Below, piece by piece: positions 1 through 10,325 of a stretch of DNA of 64,000 nt (position 1 is the stretch's first letter; every line of letters begins with the position of its first letter). The position numbers were made by a program, and so were the translations under genes. The notes below the pieces were generated by a model. It did no database searches, was not told where the DNA came from, and saw only the letters and a list, made by a program, of their open reading frames with translations. Origin of the DNA: Bacteroidales bacterium (GTDB lineage: Bacteria; Bacteroidota; Bacteroidia; Bacteroidales; VadinHA17); assembly GCA_003141895.1 (NCBI GenBank), contig PLNT01000040.1, positions 80,266 through 144,265 on the forward strand, read 5' to 3'.

Positions 1-719
1 GAATCACTCCTGCCGGAAGAGATTTCTTCGGAGGTACTACACCAGAGTCAGTAAATTATCCTGTTAACCTTAATATTGTAAAAAAATACTTCAAGGTAAC
101 TGATAACCCATCTGAAGCTGATTTTGCACTTGTAATTATCAGGAGTCCCAATTCAGGAAGCGGTTATGACCCGGCCGATGTGAAAAAAGGTGGTAACGGA
201 TACGTTCCAATAAGCTTACAGTATGGCACATACAAAGCTGATCTTGCCCGGGATCCTAGTCTGGCAGGTGGAGACCCGTTGGAAAAATTCACAAACCGTA
301 CCTACAAGGGGAAATCGGTTACTGCAACTAATTTTTCAGATCTGAAGATGGTTCTTGATGCTAAAAAAGCTATGAAAGGAAAACCTGTTATTGTATCCAT
401 AGCAATGTCAAAGCCGATGGTATTCAATGAATTTGAGAAAGACGCGGATGCAATACTCGTTAACTTCGACGTACAGGATCAGGCTATCCTTGACATTATC
501 ACTGGCGCTGCCGAACCATCAGGTTTATTGCCGATGCAAGTGCCTGCTGATATGAAAACTGTTGAAACACAGAAAGAAGATGTTCCTTTTGACATGACGT
601 GTCATGTAGATTCAGAAGGGAATACTTATGATTTCGGTTACGGTCTTAACTGGAGTGGCGTTATTAAAGATGCAAGAGTGGAGAAATATAAGAGAGTTAC
701 TAAACAATTAGACAAATAG
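1..719 (+). CDS. GH3 beta-glucosidase, C-terminal part (5'-truncated by window edge)
   Basis: Frame is open from nt 3 to the stop at 719. GH3 C-terminal motifs DADAILVNF and PSGLLPMQVP...YDFGYGL are present. Confidence 0.8.
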   Translation, partial: ITPAGRDFFGGTTPESVNYPVNLNIVKKYFKVTDNPSEADFALVIIRSPNSGSGYDPADVKKGGNGYVPISLQYGTYKADLARDPSLAGGDPLEKFTNRTYKGKSVTATNFSDLKMVLDAKKAMKGKPVIVSIAMSKPMVFNEFEKDADAILVNFDVQDQAILDIITGAAEPSGLLPMQVPADMKTVETQKEDVPFDMTCHVDSEGNTYDFGYGLNWSGVIKDARVEKYKRVTKQLDK

Positions 720-721
720 AT

Positions 722-808
722 GAGATTGCTTCGTCGCTTCGCTTCTCGCAATGACCGATAATGTTTACCGGTCATTGCGAGCCCGAGGAACGAGGGCGCG
801 GCAATCTT
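722..808. repeat. Palindromic REP/MITE-like element (GAGATTGC...CTCGCAATGAC / GTCATTGCGAG...GCAATCT type)
   Basis: Outer IR AGATTGC/GCAATCT; inner perfect IR CTCGCAATGACCG (745-757) / CGGTCATTGCGAG (769-781). Confidence 0.8.
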
Positions 809-831
809 GAAATCTTATACTGAAATCAAAT

Positions 832-861
832 AAAAAAGGAGGCGCCTGGCCTCCTTTTTTT
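832..861. terminator. Bidirectional intrinsic terminator
   Basis: AAAAAAGGAGGC-gcctg-GCCTCCTTTTTT between convergent genes. Confidence 0.85.
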
Positions 862-2203
862 ATTTTTTCAGTTTATGCTTCTTCACAAACTCATCGAGAA
901 CCTGGGACAGATTAGGATCGCCAATTTCCTGAAGATCATAATACACCCTGGTATTTGGTTTTTTTATTTTAATGATCCTGTTCAGATCAATTGGGGTAGC
1001 TATAATCACACTGTCACAGTCCGTATTGTTGATAGTGGTTTCAAGGTCTTTCAATTGCTGATCACCATAACCCATTGCCGGAAGCAGAGTTCCGATATTA
1101 GGATATAATCTGAATGTCTCACTTAATTTACCGACGGTATAAGGGCGCGGATCAACAAGTTCGGCAGCTCCGAATTTTTGAGCAGCAACTACCCCGGCAC
1201 CCAGTTTCATTTCTCCATGTGTAAGAGTGGGGCCATCCTCAACCACAAGAACTCTTTTACCTCGTATTAATGAAGAATCATCAACTTTAATTGGAGATGC
1301 TCCGTCAATAACAATTGCTTTAGGATTTACCTTGGCGATGCTTTCCCTGACTATCTGAATAGCTTCAGGAGCAGCACTATCCATTTTATTTATTACAACC
1401 ACATCAGCAATACGCAGAGTTACTTCACCCGGGTAGTATCTCAGTTCATGACCGGCCCTGTGAGGATCAGTAACGGTAATCATAAGGTCGGGTTTGTAGA
1501 ATGGGAAATCATTATTTCCGCCATCCCAAAGTATAACATCACAACCCGACGGATCATTTTCAGCCGCTCTCAGAATTGCTTCATAATCGACCCCGGCGTA
1601 TATGACGTTTCCTCTGACAACATGAGGCTCATACTCTTCCATTTCCTCAACTGTACATTTATGTTTTTCAAGATCTTTGATAACTGCAAAACGCTGAACT
1701 TTCTGTGCATTCAGATCACCATAAGGCATGGGATGACGTATTGCAACTACCTTTAATCCCCTTTCCATCAGCAGCTCAATTACCTTTCGCGATGTCTGAC
1801 TTTTACCGCATCCCGTTCTGATAGCACCAATGGCTATAAGAGGTTTTGTGCTTTTAACCATAGTATCAGCAGGACCAAGCAAAATAAAATTAGCTCCGGC
1901 TGCGTTAACTATTGCACTTACAGACATTACCCTCTGGTAGGGAACATCACTATATGAAAATACACAATCATTTACTTTATATTTTTTAATGAGATCATTA
2001 AGGTTTTCTTCAGCGAAAATAGGAATGCCATCAGGATATAATTTGCCGGCCAGTTCTTTTGGATATTTTCTACCATCAATATCTGGTATTTGTGCCGCTG
2101 TAAACGCAACAACATTATAACTCTCATTATCTCTGTAGCAAGTATTGAAATTATGAAAATCGCGACCCGCTGCACCAATTATGATGACATTTTTCTTAGT
2201 CAT
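860..2203 (-). CDS. COG2403 P-loop ligase/GTPase (often labelled cyclic 2,3-diphosphoglycerate synthetase-like); probable arginine synthetase ArcE homolog
   Basis: GAAGRDFHNFN, P-loop RTGCGKSQTSR, RHPMPYG, WDGGNND, VEDGPTLTHG and LPAMGY motifs; 447 aa. Confidence 0.75.
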   Translation of the reverse strand: MTKKNVIIIGAAGRDFHNFNTCYRDNESYNVVAFTAAQIPDIDGRKYPKELAGKLYPDGIPIFAEENLNDLIKKYKVNDCVFSYSDVPYQRVMSVSAIVNAAGANFILLGPADTMVKSTKPLIAIGAIRTGCGKSQTSRKVIELLMERGLKVVAIRHPMPYGDLNAQKVQRFAVIKDLEKHKCTVEEMEEYEPHVVRGNVIYAGVDYEAILRAAENDPSGCDVILWDGGNNDFPFYKPDLMITVTDPHRAGHELRYYPGEVTLRIADVVVINKMDSAAPEAIQIVRESIAKVNPKAIVIDGASPIKVDDSSLIRGKRVLVVEDGPTLTHGEMKLGAGVVAAQKFGAAELVDPRPYTVGKLSETFRLYPNIGTLLPAMGYGDQQLKDLETTINNTDCDSVIIATPIDLNRIIKIKKPNTRVYYDLQEIGDPNLSQVLDEFVKKHKLKK

Positions 2204-2456
2204 AAATCCTCCTTAGTTTTTTAGAAATTTAATTACCGGAATGAGTTTTCATTTTAAAATGAAGTAACAAATGTATAATTTGCACACCAAAATTCCGAGC
2301 ATTTAAGAGTATTTTTTTATACATCAATTATATGGCATATCTTACTGATTAATAATTTTTTAAACCTGTTTTAGCCATGTACTGAAAACATGTTAAAGAA
2401 AATGTTTTCAATATGCGAAGGTATATGGCAAATTCTTTGTACTATTATGACATGTT

Positions 2457-3068
2457 ATGAATGTGCTTGCTCATATATATCTTTCAGGTGATTCTGATAA
2501 AATAATCATTGGCAATTATATAGGTGATTATGTGAAAGGACGCGATTACCTTAAGTACCCCGAACTTATAAGAAAAGGTATTATTCTGCACAGACACATT
2601 GATGGTTTTACGGACTCACATCCTGTCGTTCATCGCAGTAAGATATTCTTCACAAGAAAATACCACAAATATTCAGGTGTAATCACCGATATAATTTATG
2701 ATCATTTTCTTACTAAAGAATGGGATTTTTTCTCCAGGAGACCACTTGAGAGTGTCACATACAATTTTTACAGAGCCCTTGTAAACAATTACGAAATCAT
2801 GCCTGAAAATGTAAGGGAGATGATGCCTTTTTTTATTATTAATAACTGGATTGAATCTTATCAGACCCTGAACGGGATCCGTCATGTCTTAAACACGCTG
2901 AGCAAAAGATCCACTCTTCCCAATGAAACAAGGTTTGCCATGCATGCTCTTAAAAAGAATTATTATTCTCTTCAGGATGACTTTATGGAATTCTTTCCCC
3001 AACTCATAGATTATGTTGAAAAGGATTTTGGTGTTGAAATCTCCCACAGAATAACAATCCCATTCTGA
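2457..3068 (+). CDS. acpH: Acyl carrier protein phosphodiesterase (AcpH family)
   Basis: MNxLAHxYLS, GNYIGDYVKG, GIILHRHIDGFTDSHP, DIIYDHFL. Confidence 0.85.
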   Translation: MNVLAHIYLSGDSDKIIIGNYIGDYVKGRDYLKYPELIRKGIILHRHIDGFTDSHPVVHRSKIFFTRKYHKYSGVITDIIYDHFLTKEWDFFSRRPLESVTYNFYRALVNNYEIMPENVREMMPFFIINNWIESYQTLNGIRHVLNTLSKRSTLPNETRFAMHALKKNYYSLQDDFMEFFPQLIDYVEKDFGVEISHRITIPF

Positions 3069-4493
3069 TTAAACGAGGTACTCGGTACGGCTTGCATCAA
3101 GTCTCAGGAATATAAATAACAGTATAGTAAATCCCCATAAAGAACTTCCTCCGTAGCTTAAAAACGGTAGAGGTATCCCTATTACCGGCACAAGACCGAT
3201 AGCCATACCTATGTTCAGAAAAACGTGAGTAAATAGAATCGAAGCAACGCAATATCCATAAACCCGTGAAAACACTGACCGTTGTCGTTCCGCCAGCATT
3301 ACTAATCTTAACAGGAGAAACAGATAAATTCCGATTATAACACTTGAACCGAGGAAACCCCACTCTTCACCGACAGTACAAAATATAAAATCAGAACTTT
3401 GTTTTGGTACAAATTTAAACTTTGTCTGGGTTCCCTGTAAAAACCCCTTTCCTGCAACTCCCCCTGAACCAATTGAGATTATTGACTGGTTAACATTATA
3501 CCCTGTCCCGTGCAGATCGGATTTAAACCCAAGCAGGATATCCACCCTTTCTTTCTGGTGAGGTTTCAGGAAGTTATTAAAAACATAATCAACAGAATTA
3601 ACATAAACGACACTGCCTATAAGAAACAAGTATATAATCAGAATTGTCATGGCTCTCTTGTAGAGAAAATAAAACACAAAAGCAATGCCTGACAGAATTA
3701 TTGAAATAATTATAATCATTTCATTCCCAATCGATTTTATTATAAAATGATCGGCCAGAAACAAAGATCCGGTAATAAGCAAAAAAACACCTGAAGTGTA
3801 AAAAAACAGTTTCCATTTGTGTGTTGTAACCCATACAAGAATAATTGCTACGATTATCAGTACAATTGACAAGGTAAGATTATCTGAAAGTAAGGTGAGA
3901 AAAAACAAGAGTATTGCCAGTAACGCCGAGAAGAAAATATAGGGACTCATCCCTTCCCTGAACAAAACAATAAATAAGGAAAAATATACAAGAGCAGAAC
4001 CCATATCGGGCTGGAGTAAAGTAAGGGCAGCCGGGAAAATAATAATTGCTGCTGCAGGAACTAAAACAGAAAGCCGGATCAGATCCTGCCTCTTCGTATT
4101 TAAATAGCTGGCAAGGGCAAGAGATGTTCCGAATTTTGCCAGTTCAGAAGGCTGGAGACTCACACTTCCAAATTCAAACCACGATTTCGCACCATTTATT
4201 TCCTTGCCTAATATAATTACAAGGACAAGCAGTAACATGCAAAACCCGTAAATGAACCATGAGAAAAAGAAATAAAACCGGTTATCTATGATTACAATAA
4301 ATATCGCAAGAACAAGTGAAGCGATTATCCAGAGAAACTGTTTCCCATACCTCTGGGATAAATCGAGTATTCCGGCATGTTCTTCATTAAATACAGCAGC
4401 ATAAATATTGATCCACCCCATGAAAATCAGCAGTAAAAACAAGACTATGGAAATCTTGTCAATCCCATTCCATATATTAACGCTCCGCTTCAC
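3069..4493 (-). CDS. rodA: Rod shape-determining SEDS protein RodA (likely GTG start at 4493 rather than 4577)
   Basis: QPSELAK, QPDMGSA, IGSGG..GKG and LPFLSYGGSS motifs; last gene of the mre/mrd operon. Confidence 0.93.
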   Translation of the reverse strand: MKRSVNIWNGIDKISIVLFLLLIFMGWINIYAAVFNEEHAGILDLSQRYGKQFLWIIASLVLAIFIVIIDNRFYFFFSWFIYGFCMLLLVLVIILGKEINGAKSWFEFGSVSLQPSELAKFGTSLALASYLNTKRQDLIRLSVLVPAAAIIIFPAALTLLQPDMGSALVYFSLFIVLFREGMSPYIFFSALLAILLFFLTLLSDNLTLSIVLIIVAIILVWVTTHKWKLFFYTSGVFLLITGSLFLADHFIIKSIGNEMIIIISIILSGIAFVFYFLYKRAMTILIIYLFLIGSVVYVNSVDYVFNNFLKPHQKERVDILLGFKSDLHGTGYNVNQSIISIGSGGVAGKGFLQGTQTKFKFVPKQSSDFIFCTVGEEWGFLGSSVIIGIYLFLLLRLVMLAERQRSVFSRVYGYCVASILFTHVFLNIGMAIGLVPVIGIPLPFLSYGGSSLWGFTILLFIFLRLDASRTEYLV

Positions 4494-6303
4494 TATTTGC
4501 GCTTTTTTCAAGATTAAGATCAAGAATTCTTTTTTCCAGAACCTTATTTGTAATTTCTCTTTTAATATATTTTTCAATCATTAGACTTGCGATTGGCGCA
4601 GCATAAGTAGCTCCGAATCCGGCATTTTCAACATAAACTGCTATAGCAATTTTAGGGTCATTCTTTGGCGCAAATGCTATAAAAACAGAATGGTTGGCCC
4701 CATGTGGGTTTTGAGCCGTTCCGGTTTTTCCGCAAATGATTATATCCTTTAATTTAACACCTGCTGCAGTGCCGCTTACCACTGCTTGCTGCATACCAAG
4801 TACAATCTGACCAAAATTTGCAGTGTCTATATCAATCTGATGCTTAGTTATGAAACGTTTATCAATTTCTCCATTGGCCCCAATTGATTTTACGATATGA
4901 GGAGTGTAAAAATAACCCCTGTTTGCTATTGCTGCGGTCATATTTGCCATCTGGAGAGGAGTTGTGCCGACCTCACCCTGTCCGATCGCCATTGAAATAA
5001 CTGTGAGCGCTTTCCATCTGTTTGCCCCGTAATACTTATCAAAGTAAGCTCTGGAAGGGATAAATCCGCTTAGTTCGTTAGCAAAATCTGTTCCCAGTTT
5101 ATTTCCAAAGCCAAATTCATCCAGATAGCTTTTCCATTTATCATAGGCATCAGCGATGGTATTATATGCCGGATTTTCCAGTACTCTTCTGTACGTCTGG
5201 CAGAAATAGGCATTACATGAATTACCTATCGCCCCGACAATGGCAAGAGGCGATGGATGAACATGGCAGGACAGGAACAGGTATCCCCTGTGGCATTCAA
5301 ATAACGTTTGTGGCGTGATCACACCTTCCTGAAGGCCAATCAATCCATTTATAGGTTTGAAAGTCGATCCTGGCGGATATGATGCCATTGTTGCTCTGTT
5401 AAATAAAGGCTGTAAAATCGTATCTCCGAGTAGTTTTGCGAAATTTTCCGATCTCACCCTTCCCACCAATAAAGCAGGGTCATAGTCAGGAGCAGAAATG
5501 AGCGCAAGCACTTCCCCACTTTTAGGATCAATAGCCACAACACTTCCTTTTTTGTTCTTCATCAATTCTTCGCCATATGCCTGCAGGTCAAGATCAAGTC
5601 CGGTAACTATATCCGTTCCCTGCACGGCAAGTGTATCAAGTTTCCCTTCCGCATATGAACCTTTAACACGACTGAATACATCGACAAGGAATATTTTGAC
5701 GCCTCGTTTTCCTCTCAGATCCTTTTCATATGATTCTTCAATTCCGCTCTTGCCAATATAATCTCCGGGTTTATAATATGGACTTTTTCTGATCAGACCA
5801 TCATCTACTTCACTAACATATCCAAGAACATGAGAAGCAACTGGTTTTGAATATTTTCTTAATGTCCGAGGCTGAACATAAAATCCTGGATACAAAAACA
5901 TTTTTTCCTGAAACCTTGCGTATGTTTCATTTGATACTTGCTTCAAAAATACGGAAGAAGCGCGCCTGGAATAGTTTATTGCAAGTCTCATCTGTTTTTT
6001 GAACAGGTCCTTTGAAATTCCAAGTAAATCACAAAAAGAGGTGGTATCGATTTTTGTGACCTGTGCAGGTACGACCATAAGATCATAAGCAGCCTGATTG
6101 TAGACAATAAGTTTCCCGTTTCTGTCTAATATAAGTCCCCTGGCAGGATACTGTGTTACATATCTGAGTACATTATTATCTGCTGAAAGACGGTACGATT
6201 TTTTAACAACCTGTATAATAAAAAGTCGCACTAACAAACCGAGTGTTGCCAGTGCAATGATTGCCATTATAACATATTTTCTGTTAATGAATGAATCTTT
6301 CAT
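4477..6303 (-). CDS. mrdA: Penicillin-binding protein 2
   Basis: PARGLILDRNG, SxxK (STFK), SxN (SCN) and KTG motifs; follows mreD. Confidence 0.95.
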   Translation of the reverse strand: MKDSFINRKYVIMAIIALATLGLLVRLFIIQVVKKSYRLSADNNVLRYVTQYPARGLILDRNGKLIVYNQAAYDLMVVPAQVTKIDTTSFCDLLGISKDLFKKQMRLAINYSRRASSVFLKQVSNETYARFQEKMFLYPGFYVQPRTLRKYSKPVASHVLGYVSEVDDGLIRKSPYYKPGDYIGKSGIEESYEKDLRGKRGVKIFLVDVFSRVKGSYAEGKLDTLAVQGTDIVTGLDLDLQAYGEELMKNKKGSVVAIDPKSGEVLALISAPDYDPALLVGRVRSENFAKLLGDTILQPLFNRATMASYPPGSTFKPINGLIGLQEGVITPQTLFECHRGYLFLSCHVHPSPLAIVGAIGNSCNAYFCQTYRRVLENPAYNTIADAYDKWKSYLDEFGFGNKLGTDFANELSGFIPSRAYFDKYYGANRWKALTVISMAIGQGEVGTTPLQMANMTAAIANRGYFYTPHIVKSIGANGEIDKRFITKHQIDIDTANFGQIVLGMQQAVVSGTAAGVKLKDIIICGKTGTAQNPHGANHSVFIAFAPKNDPKIAIAVYVENAGFGATYAAPIASLMIEKYIKREITNKVLEKRILDLNLEKSANSEAER

Positions 6304-6312
6304 AATTTGGGA

Positions 6313-6822
6313 TCAATTCTTTCCTCTTCTGTAGTATTCAATCAGAAGAATAAAAGTTACTGAAAATATTGTACTTAAAATTACTCTGAACAGCGTCCTG
6401 AAAAAATCCGTAAAACGGAATACTTCAAGATAAAAAAGAGAAGTGTGATGTATAAGTACAATTAGTAATGTATATGAGAAAAACCATCTGAAACCATAAT
6501 TCACCATAGAGGGTTCGGAACCTGACTCATACCCGTCTTTGGGAGATACGACCCTTATTACATAAGGCCTGACGAAACCTGAAAGAACTGTTGCAAATGT
6601 ATGAACACCGGGAGAACCGGAAAAAAAATCAATTATCATTCCAATTGTAAATGATAATATCAGCAACAACCACGAGGGTATTTCAATAGGCAATAAGAGA
6701 ATGAACATTATATAGACATACGGATTAATGTACCCGCTGAACTGTATATTGTTAAAAAGCAAAACCTGAAGCAGTACCAGCAAAATAAAAATCAGACCAA
6801 ACCTTAAAACTGTATTGATCAT
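6313..6822 (-). CDS. mreD: Rod shape-determining protein MreD
   Basis: Hydrophobic 169 aa protein between mreC and mrdA. Confidence 0.9.
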   Translation of the reverse strand: MINTVLRFGLIFILLVLLQVLLFNNIQFSGYINPYVYIMFILLLPIEIPSWLLLILSFTIGMIIDFFSGSPGVHTFATVLSGFVRPYVIRVVSPKDGYESGSEPSMVNYGFRWFFSYTLLIVLIHHTSLFYLEVFRFTDFFRTLFRVILSTIFSVTFILLIEYYRRGKN

Positions 6823-7640
6823 TTAAATAATTTTTCAAGATCAAGTTGTTCCTTTTTTTTCATATTACCTATAACATCAACAAAATGCAACTTTTTAAAA
6901 TCTGTTGTTATAGATACCCGGATTTTATAGAAATCTCCTCCTACTTTCTCATAATCGCTCACTGTGCCAACTACGATTCCTTCAGGGAATATCGCTGAAA
7001 AGCCTGTTGCCTCAATTGTATCTCCGATACTAACATTGACATGCTGAGGGATCTCACTCAAAATTGCGTACCTGTAATCCCGGCCATCCCAGCCAAGGGA
7101 GCCGTAGTACCCGTTTGATTTAATTCTGGCGCTTAATTTGAAATCAATGTTCAGGAGCGACATTGCCACTGAATAGTCTTTTGAACAACCGACAATTTTT
7201 CCGGCAACCCCATCAGGAGAAATAACCGCCATATCAACTTTTATTCCCTGCAGTTCCCCCTTATTAATTGTAAAAAAATTCTTCTGCCTGTTTATTGAAT
7301 TATCTATTACTTCGCCTGAAGTATGCTGATATTCTTGTTTATATACTGAATCCTGCACAGAAAAAAAAACCGGATTCTCTTTTCTCACCATTTGCTCCAA
7401 TCTGTTTTTCAGAGCAACATTCTGCATAGCAAGTCTTTCATTTATCTCGCGAAGGCTCAGGTAAGAACTGGTATTATAAATCTTCTGCTCAATTCCACGG
7501 GTAACGCCTTTAACTGCATTCAGAAGTCTGGAATTTTGATAACTGTTCCCTGTTGAAATAATATATAAAGCTATCCCTTCGAGAACAAGAAAAACAATCA
7601 GATTATTGTATCTGGTCAGAAAATTCAGCAGGTTCCTCAT
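6819..7640 (-). CDS. mreC: Rod shape-determining protein MreC
   Basis: N-terminal TM plus coiled coil, INKG...DMAVIS, FPEGIVVGTV; synteny. Confidence 0.93.
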   Translation of the reverse strand: MRNLLNFLTRYNNLIVFLVLEGIALYIISTGNSYQNSRLLNAVKGVTRGIEQKIYNTSSYLSLREINERLAMQNVALKNRLEQMVRKENPVFFSVQDSVYKQEYQHTSGEVIDNSINRQKNFFTINKGELQGIKVDMAVISPDGVAGKIVGCSKDYSVAMSLLNIDFKLSARIKSNGYYGSLGWDGRDYRYAILSEIPQHVNVSIGDTIEATGFSAIFPEGIVVGTVSDYEKVGGDFYKIRVSITTDFKKLHFVDVIGNMKKKEQLDLEKLFK

Positions 7641-7653
7641 TCACTTTTTTCGA

Positions 7654-8676
7654 TTATCTCATCAGGAACGGAAATTTATCAACATTTTTAAGGGCAACCC
7701 CCGTACCACGGGCAACTGCATGTAATGGATCTTCCACAACATTGAAAGGTATGTTAATTTTATCAGTCAATCTTCTGTCAAGACCTCTGAGCAGAGCACC
7801 CCCTCCTGCCAGATATATCCCCTTATTCACGATATCGGCGTATAGCTCCGGTGGAGTCTGTTCAAGCACATTTAATAAAGCGGCTTCAACTTTAGACAAA
7901 GATTTATCAAGACAATATGCTATTTCCTGGTAAGAAACCGGAATTTCGATCGGAAGAGCTGTCATAATATTCGGACCTCTGACAACATAATCAGCTGGTG
8001 GATTTTCAATATCCGGAAGAGCTGCTCCTACCCCGATTTTTATGTCCTCAGCTGTACGTTCTCCGATTTTAATATTGTGTTGATGACGCATATAAGCCTG
8101 AATATCAGCTGTAAATCCATCTCCCGCGATTCTGATAGATTTATTACAAACGATTCCACCAAGTGCAATCACTGCAATTTCAGTGGTTCCGCCACCGATA
8201 TCTACTACCATGCATCCTTCAGGTGCTTCAACATCAAGCCCGATCCCTATCGCTGCTGCCATAGGTTCATAAATCATGTAAACATCACGTCCGCCGGCAT
8301 GCTCAGATGAGTCACGTACTGCACGGATTTCAACCTCGGTGCTTCCTGACGGTATACAAACCACCATCTTAAGCGATGGAGAGAAAAGGCGTGGTCCCTT
8401 ATTTATCATCTTTATCATTCCCCGTATCATAAGCTCCGCTGCATTGAAATCGGCAATTACTCCGTCGCGCAAAGGCCTGATAGTCTTGATGTTTTCATGG
8501 GTCTTACCATGCATCTGTCTGGCTTTTTCACCTATTGCAATCAGTTTTCCTGAGTTTTTATCAATTGCCACTATTGATGGTTCATCAACAACAATTTTAT
8601 CATTATGAATTATGATGGTATTTGCTGTTCCCAGATCGATCGCAATTTCCTGTGTTAAAAATGAAAATAATCCCAT
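7654..8676 (-). CDS. mreB: Actin-like MreB
   Basis: DLGTANT, EPMAAAIG, DIGGGTTE, GGGALL. Confidence 0.97.
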   Translation of the reverse strand: MGLFSFLTQEIAIDLGTANTIIIHNDKIVVDEPSIVAIDKNSGKLIAIGEKARQMHGKTHENIKTIRPLRDGVIADFNAAELMIRGMIKMINKGPRLFSPSLKMVVCIPSGSTEVEIRAVRDSSEHAGGRDVYMIYEPMAAAIGIGLDVEAPEGCMVVDIGGGTTEIAVIALGGIVCNKSIRIAGDGFTADIQAYMRHQHNIKIGERTAEDIKIGVGAALPDIENPPADYVVRGPNIMTALPIEIPVSYQEIAYCLDKSLSKVEAALLNVLEQTPPELYADIVNKGIYLAGGGALLRGLDRRLTDKINIPFNVVEDPLHAVARGTGVALKNVDKFPFLMR

Positions 8677-8706
8677 TATATGAGTTAATTAATTTATTAT
8701 ATATAC

Positions 8707-10230
8707 TTAATGTTTAAAATGTCTTACACCTGTAAAAACCATCGCTATTCCATTTGAAGAACAATAATCAATTGATTCTTTGTCCCTAACTGATCCACCG
8801 GGTTGTACTATTGCGGTAATTCCGGCTTTGTGTGCAATTTCTACACTGTCAGCAAACGGAAAATAAGCGTCTGAAGCCAAAACCGATCCCTGCAGATCAA
8901 AGCCGAAGGAACGGGCTTTTTCAATTGCCTGCTTCAATGCATCTACCCTCGACGTCTGGCCAATACCACTTGCACATAGCTGCCTGTTATTTGCAATTAC
9001 AATAGCATTCGATTTGCTATGCTTAACAATGATATTGGCAAAAACCAGATCTTCCATTTCAGAATTTTCAGGTATCCGGGTCGTAACAGGCCTCATCTCC
9101 TGAATTGATTCAGTACTGTTGTCTTTTTCCTGCCAGAGGATACCATTCAGAAGCGATCTGAATCCATAATCCTTTCTCTCAGAATCATTCCTTTGCAAAA
9201 TTATTCTATTCTTCTTTTGTTTCAGGATTTCCAGTGCAGAGTCTGAAAACCCTGGTGCTATAATTATTTCAAAGAATATTTTGTCGATTTCCCCGGCTGT
9301 CTTCTTATCCACATTTGAGTTAGTAACTATGACTCCTCCATAAGCAGATACCGGATCGCATGAAAGAGCATCGTTGAATGCATCAAATGCATTTGACCTG
9401 CAAGCAACGCCACATGGATTATTATGCTTTATAATAGCGAACGTAGGTATTTTGAATTCGTCTATAATATTAAGAGCCGCATCAATGTCAAGAAAGTTAT
9501 TGTAGGATATTTCCTTCCCATGAAGTTTCTTGAAGATCATGTCGGGATCGCCAAAGAAAACACCTTTCTGATGCGGATTTTCACCATAGCGCAGAGGGTA
9601 TGATGTATTAATACTCTCCCTGAAAACCGGTATTGAAGCCTGTTTATTAAAATAGTTGAAGATTGAAACATCGTAATGAGATGATGTCTGAAATGCCTTT
9701 GCAGCATAAAACCTTCTTTCGGAAACTGAAGTAATTCCTTGTTTTTCTTTCAATAATGTAAGAACGGAATCGTACTGCTCCCTTCCTGAAACTACAAGCA
9801 CATCGTTATAATTTTTTGCAGCAGCTCTGATCAGTGAGATACCACCGATGTCAATCTTTTCAATAATCTCTTCTTCTTTATCAGCTGATTTTAGTGTTTC
9901 CTCAAACGGATAAAGGTCAACTATAACAAGATCAATTTCAGGTATATTATATTTTGATAGCTGTTCAATGTCGGTATCGTTTTCTCTCCTGGCCAGAATG
10001 CCGCCAAAAACGGAAGGATGCAATGTTTTAACCCTACCACCAAGAATAGAAGGGTATGAAGTAATATCTTCAACTTTTATCGCAGGGAATCCAAGCCCGG
10101 AAATAAAATCAAATGTACCTCCTGTGCTATAAATCTTTACATGTAATTCATTAAGAAGCCTGACTATATCAGCCAAGCCATCTTTATAAAAAACTGAAAT
10201 CAGAGCACTTTGAATTCGTTTGTTACTCAT
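8707..10230 (-). CDS. purH: Bifunctional AICAR transformylase / IMP cyclohydrolase
   Basis: GGRVKTLHP, IDIGG, RYGENPHQ, QPGGSVRD, RHFKH. Confidence 0.97.
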   Translation of the reverse strand: MSNKRIQSALISVFYKDGLADIVRLLNELHVKIYSTGGTFDFISGLGFPAIKVEDITSYPSILGGRVKTLHPSVFGGILARRENDTDIEQLSKYNIPEIDLVIVDLYPFEETLKSADKEEEIIEKIDIGGISLIRAAAKNYNDVLVVSGREQYDSVLTLLKEKQGITSVSERRFYAAKAFQTSSHYDVSIFNYFNKQASIPVFRESINTSYPLRYGENPHQKGVFFGDPDMIFKKLHGKEISYNNFLDIDAALNIIDEFKIPTFAIIKHNNPCGVACRSNAFDAFNDALSCDPVSAYGGVIVTNSNVDKKTAGEIDKIFFEIIIAPGFSDSALEILKQKKNRIILQRNDSERKDYGFRSLLNGILWQEKDNSTESIQEMRPVTTRIPENSEMEDLVFANIIVKHSKSNAIVIANNRQLCASGIGQTSRVDALKQAIEKARSFGFDLQGSVLASDAYFPFADSVEIAHKAGITAIVQPGGSVRDKESIDYCSSNGIAMVFTGVRHFKH

Positions 10231-10325
10231 TATATGCTAATTACGATCGTATTGATGTCCCTGTTCGAGCGTCTAAAAATAGATATTTTTTTAATAATGT
10301 CATACATTATAATATATGATTATTA

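Noticed and set aside
860-2203. Literal cyclic 2,3-diphosphoglycerate synthetase function
   Set aside because: No 2-phosphoglycerate kinase partner nearby, and the GAAGRDFHNFN-type N-terminus matches the ArcE-like subgroup as I recall it. A phylogeny is needed to settle this.
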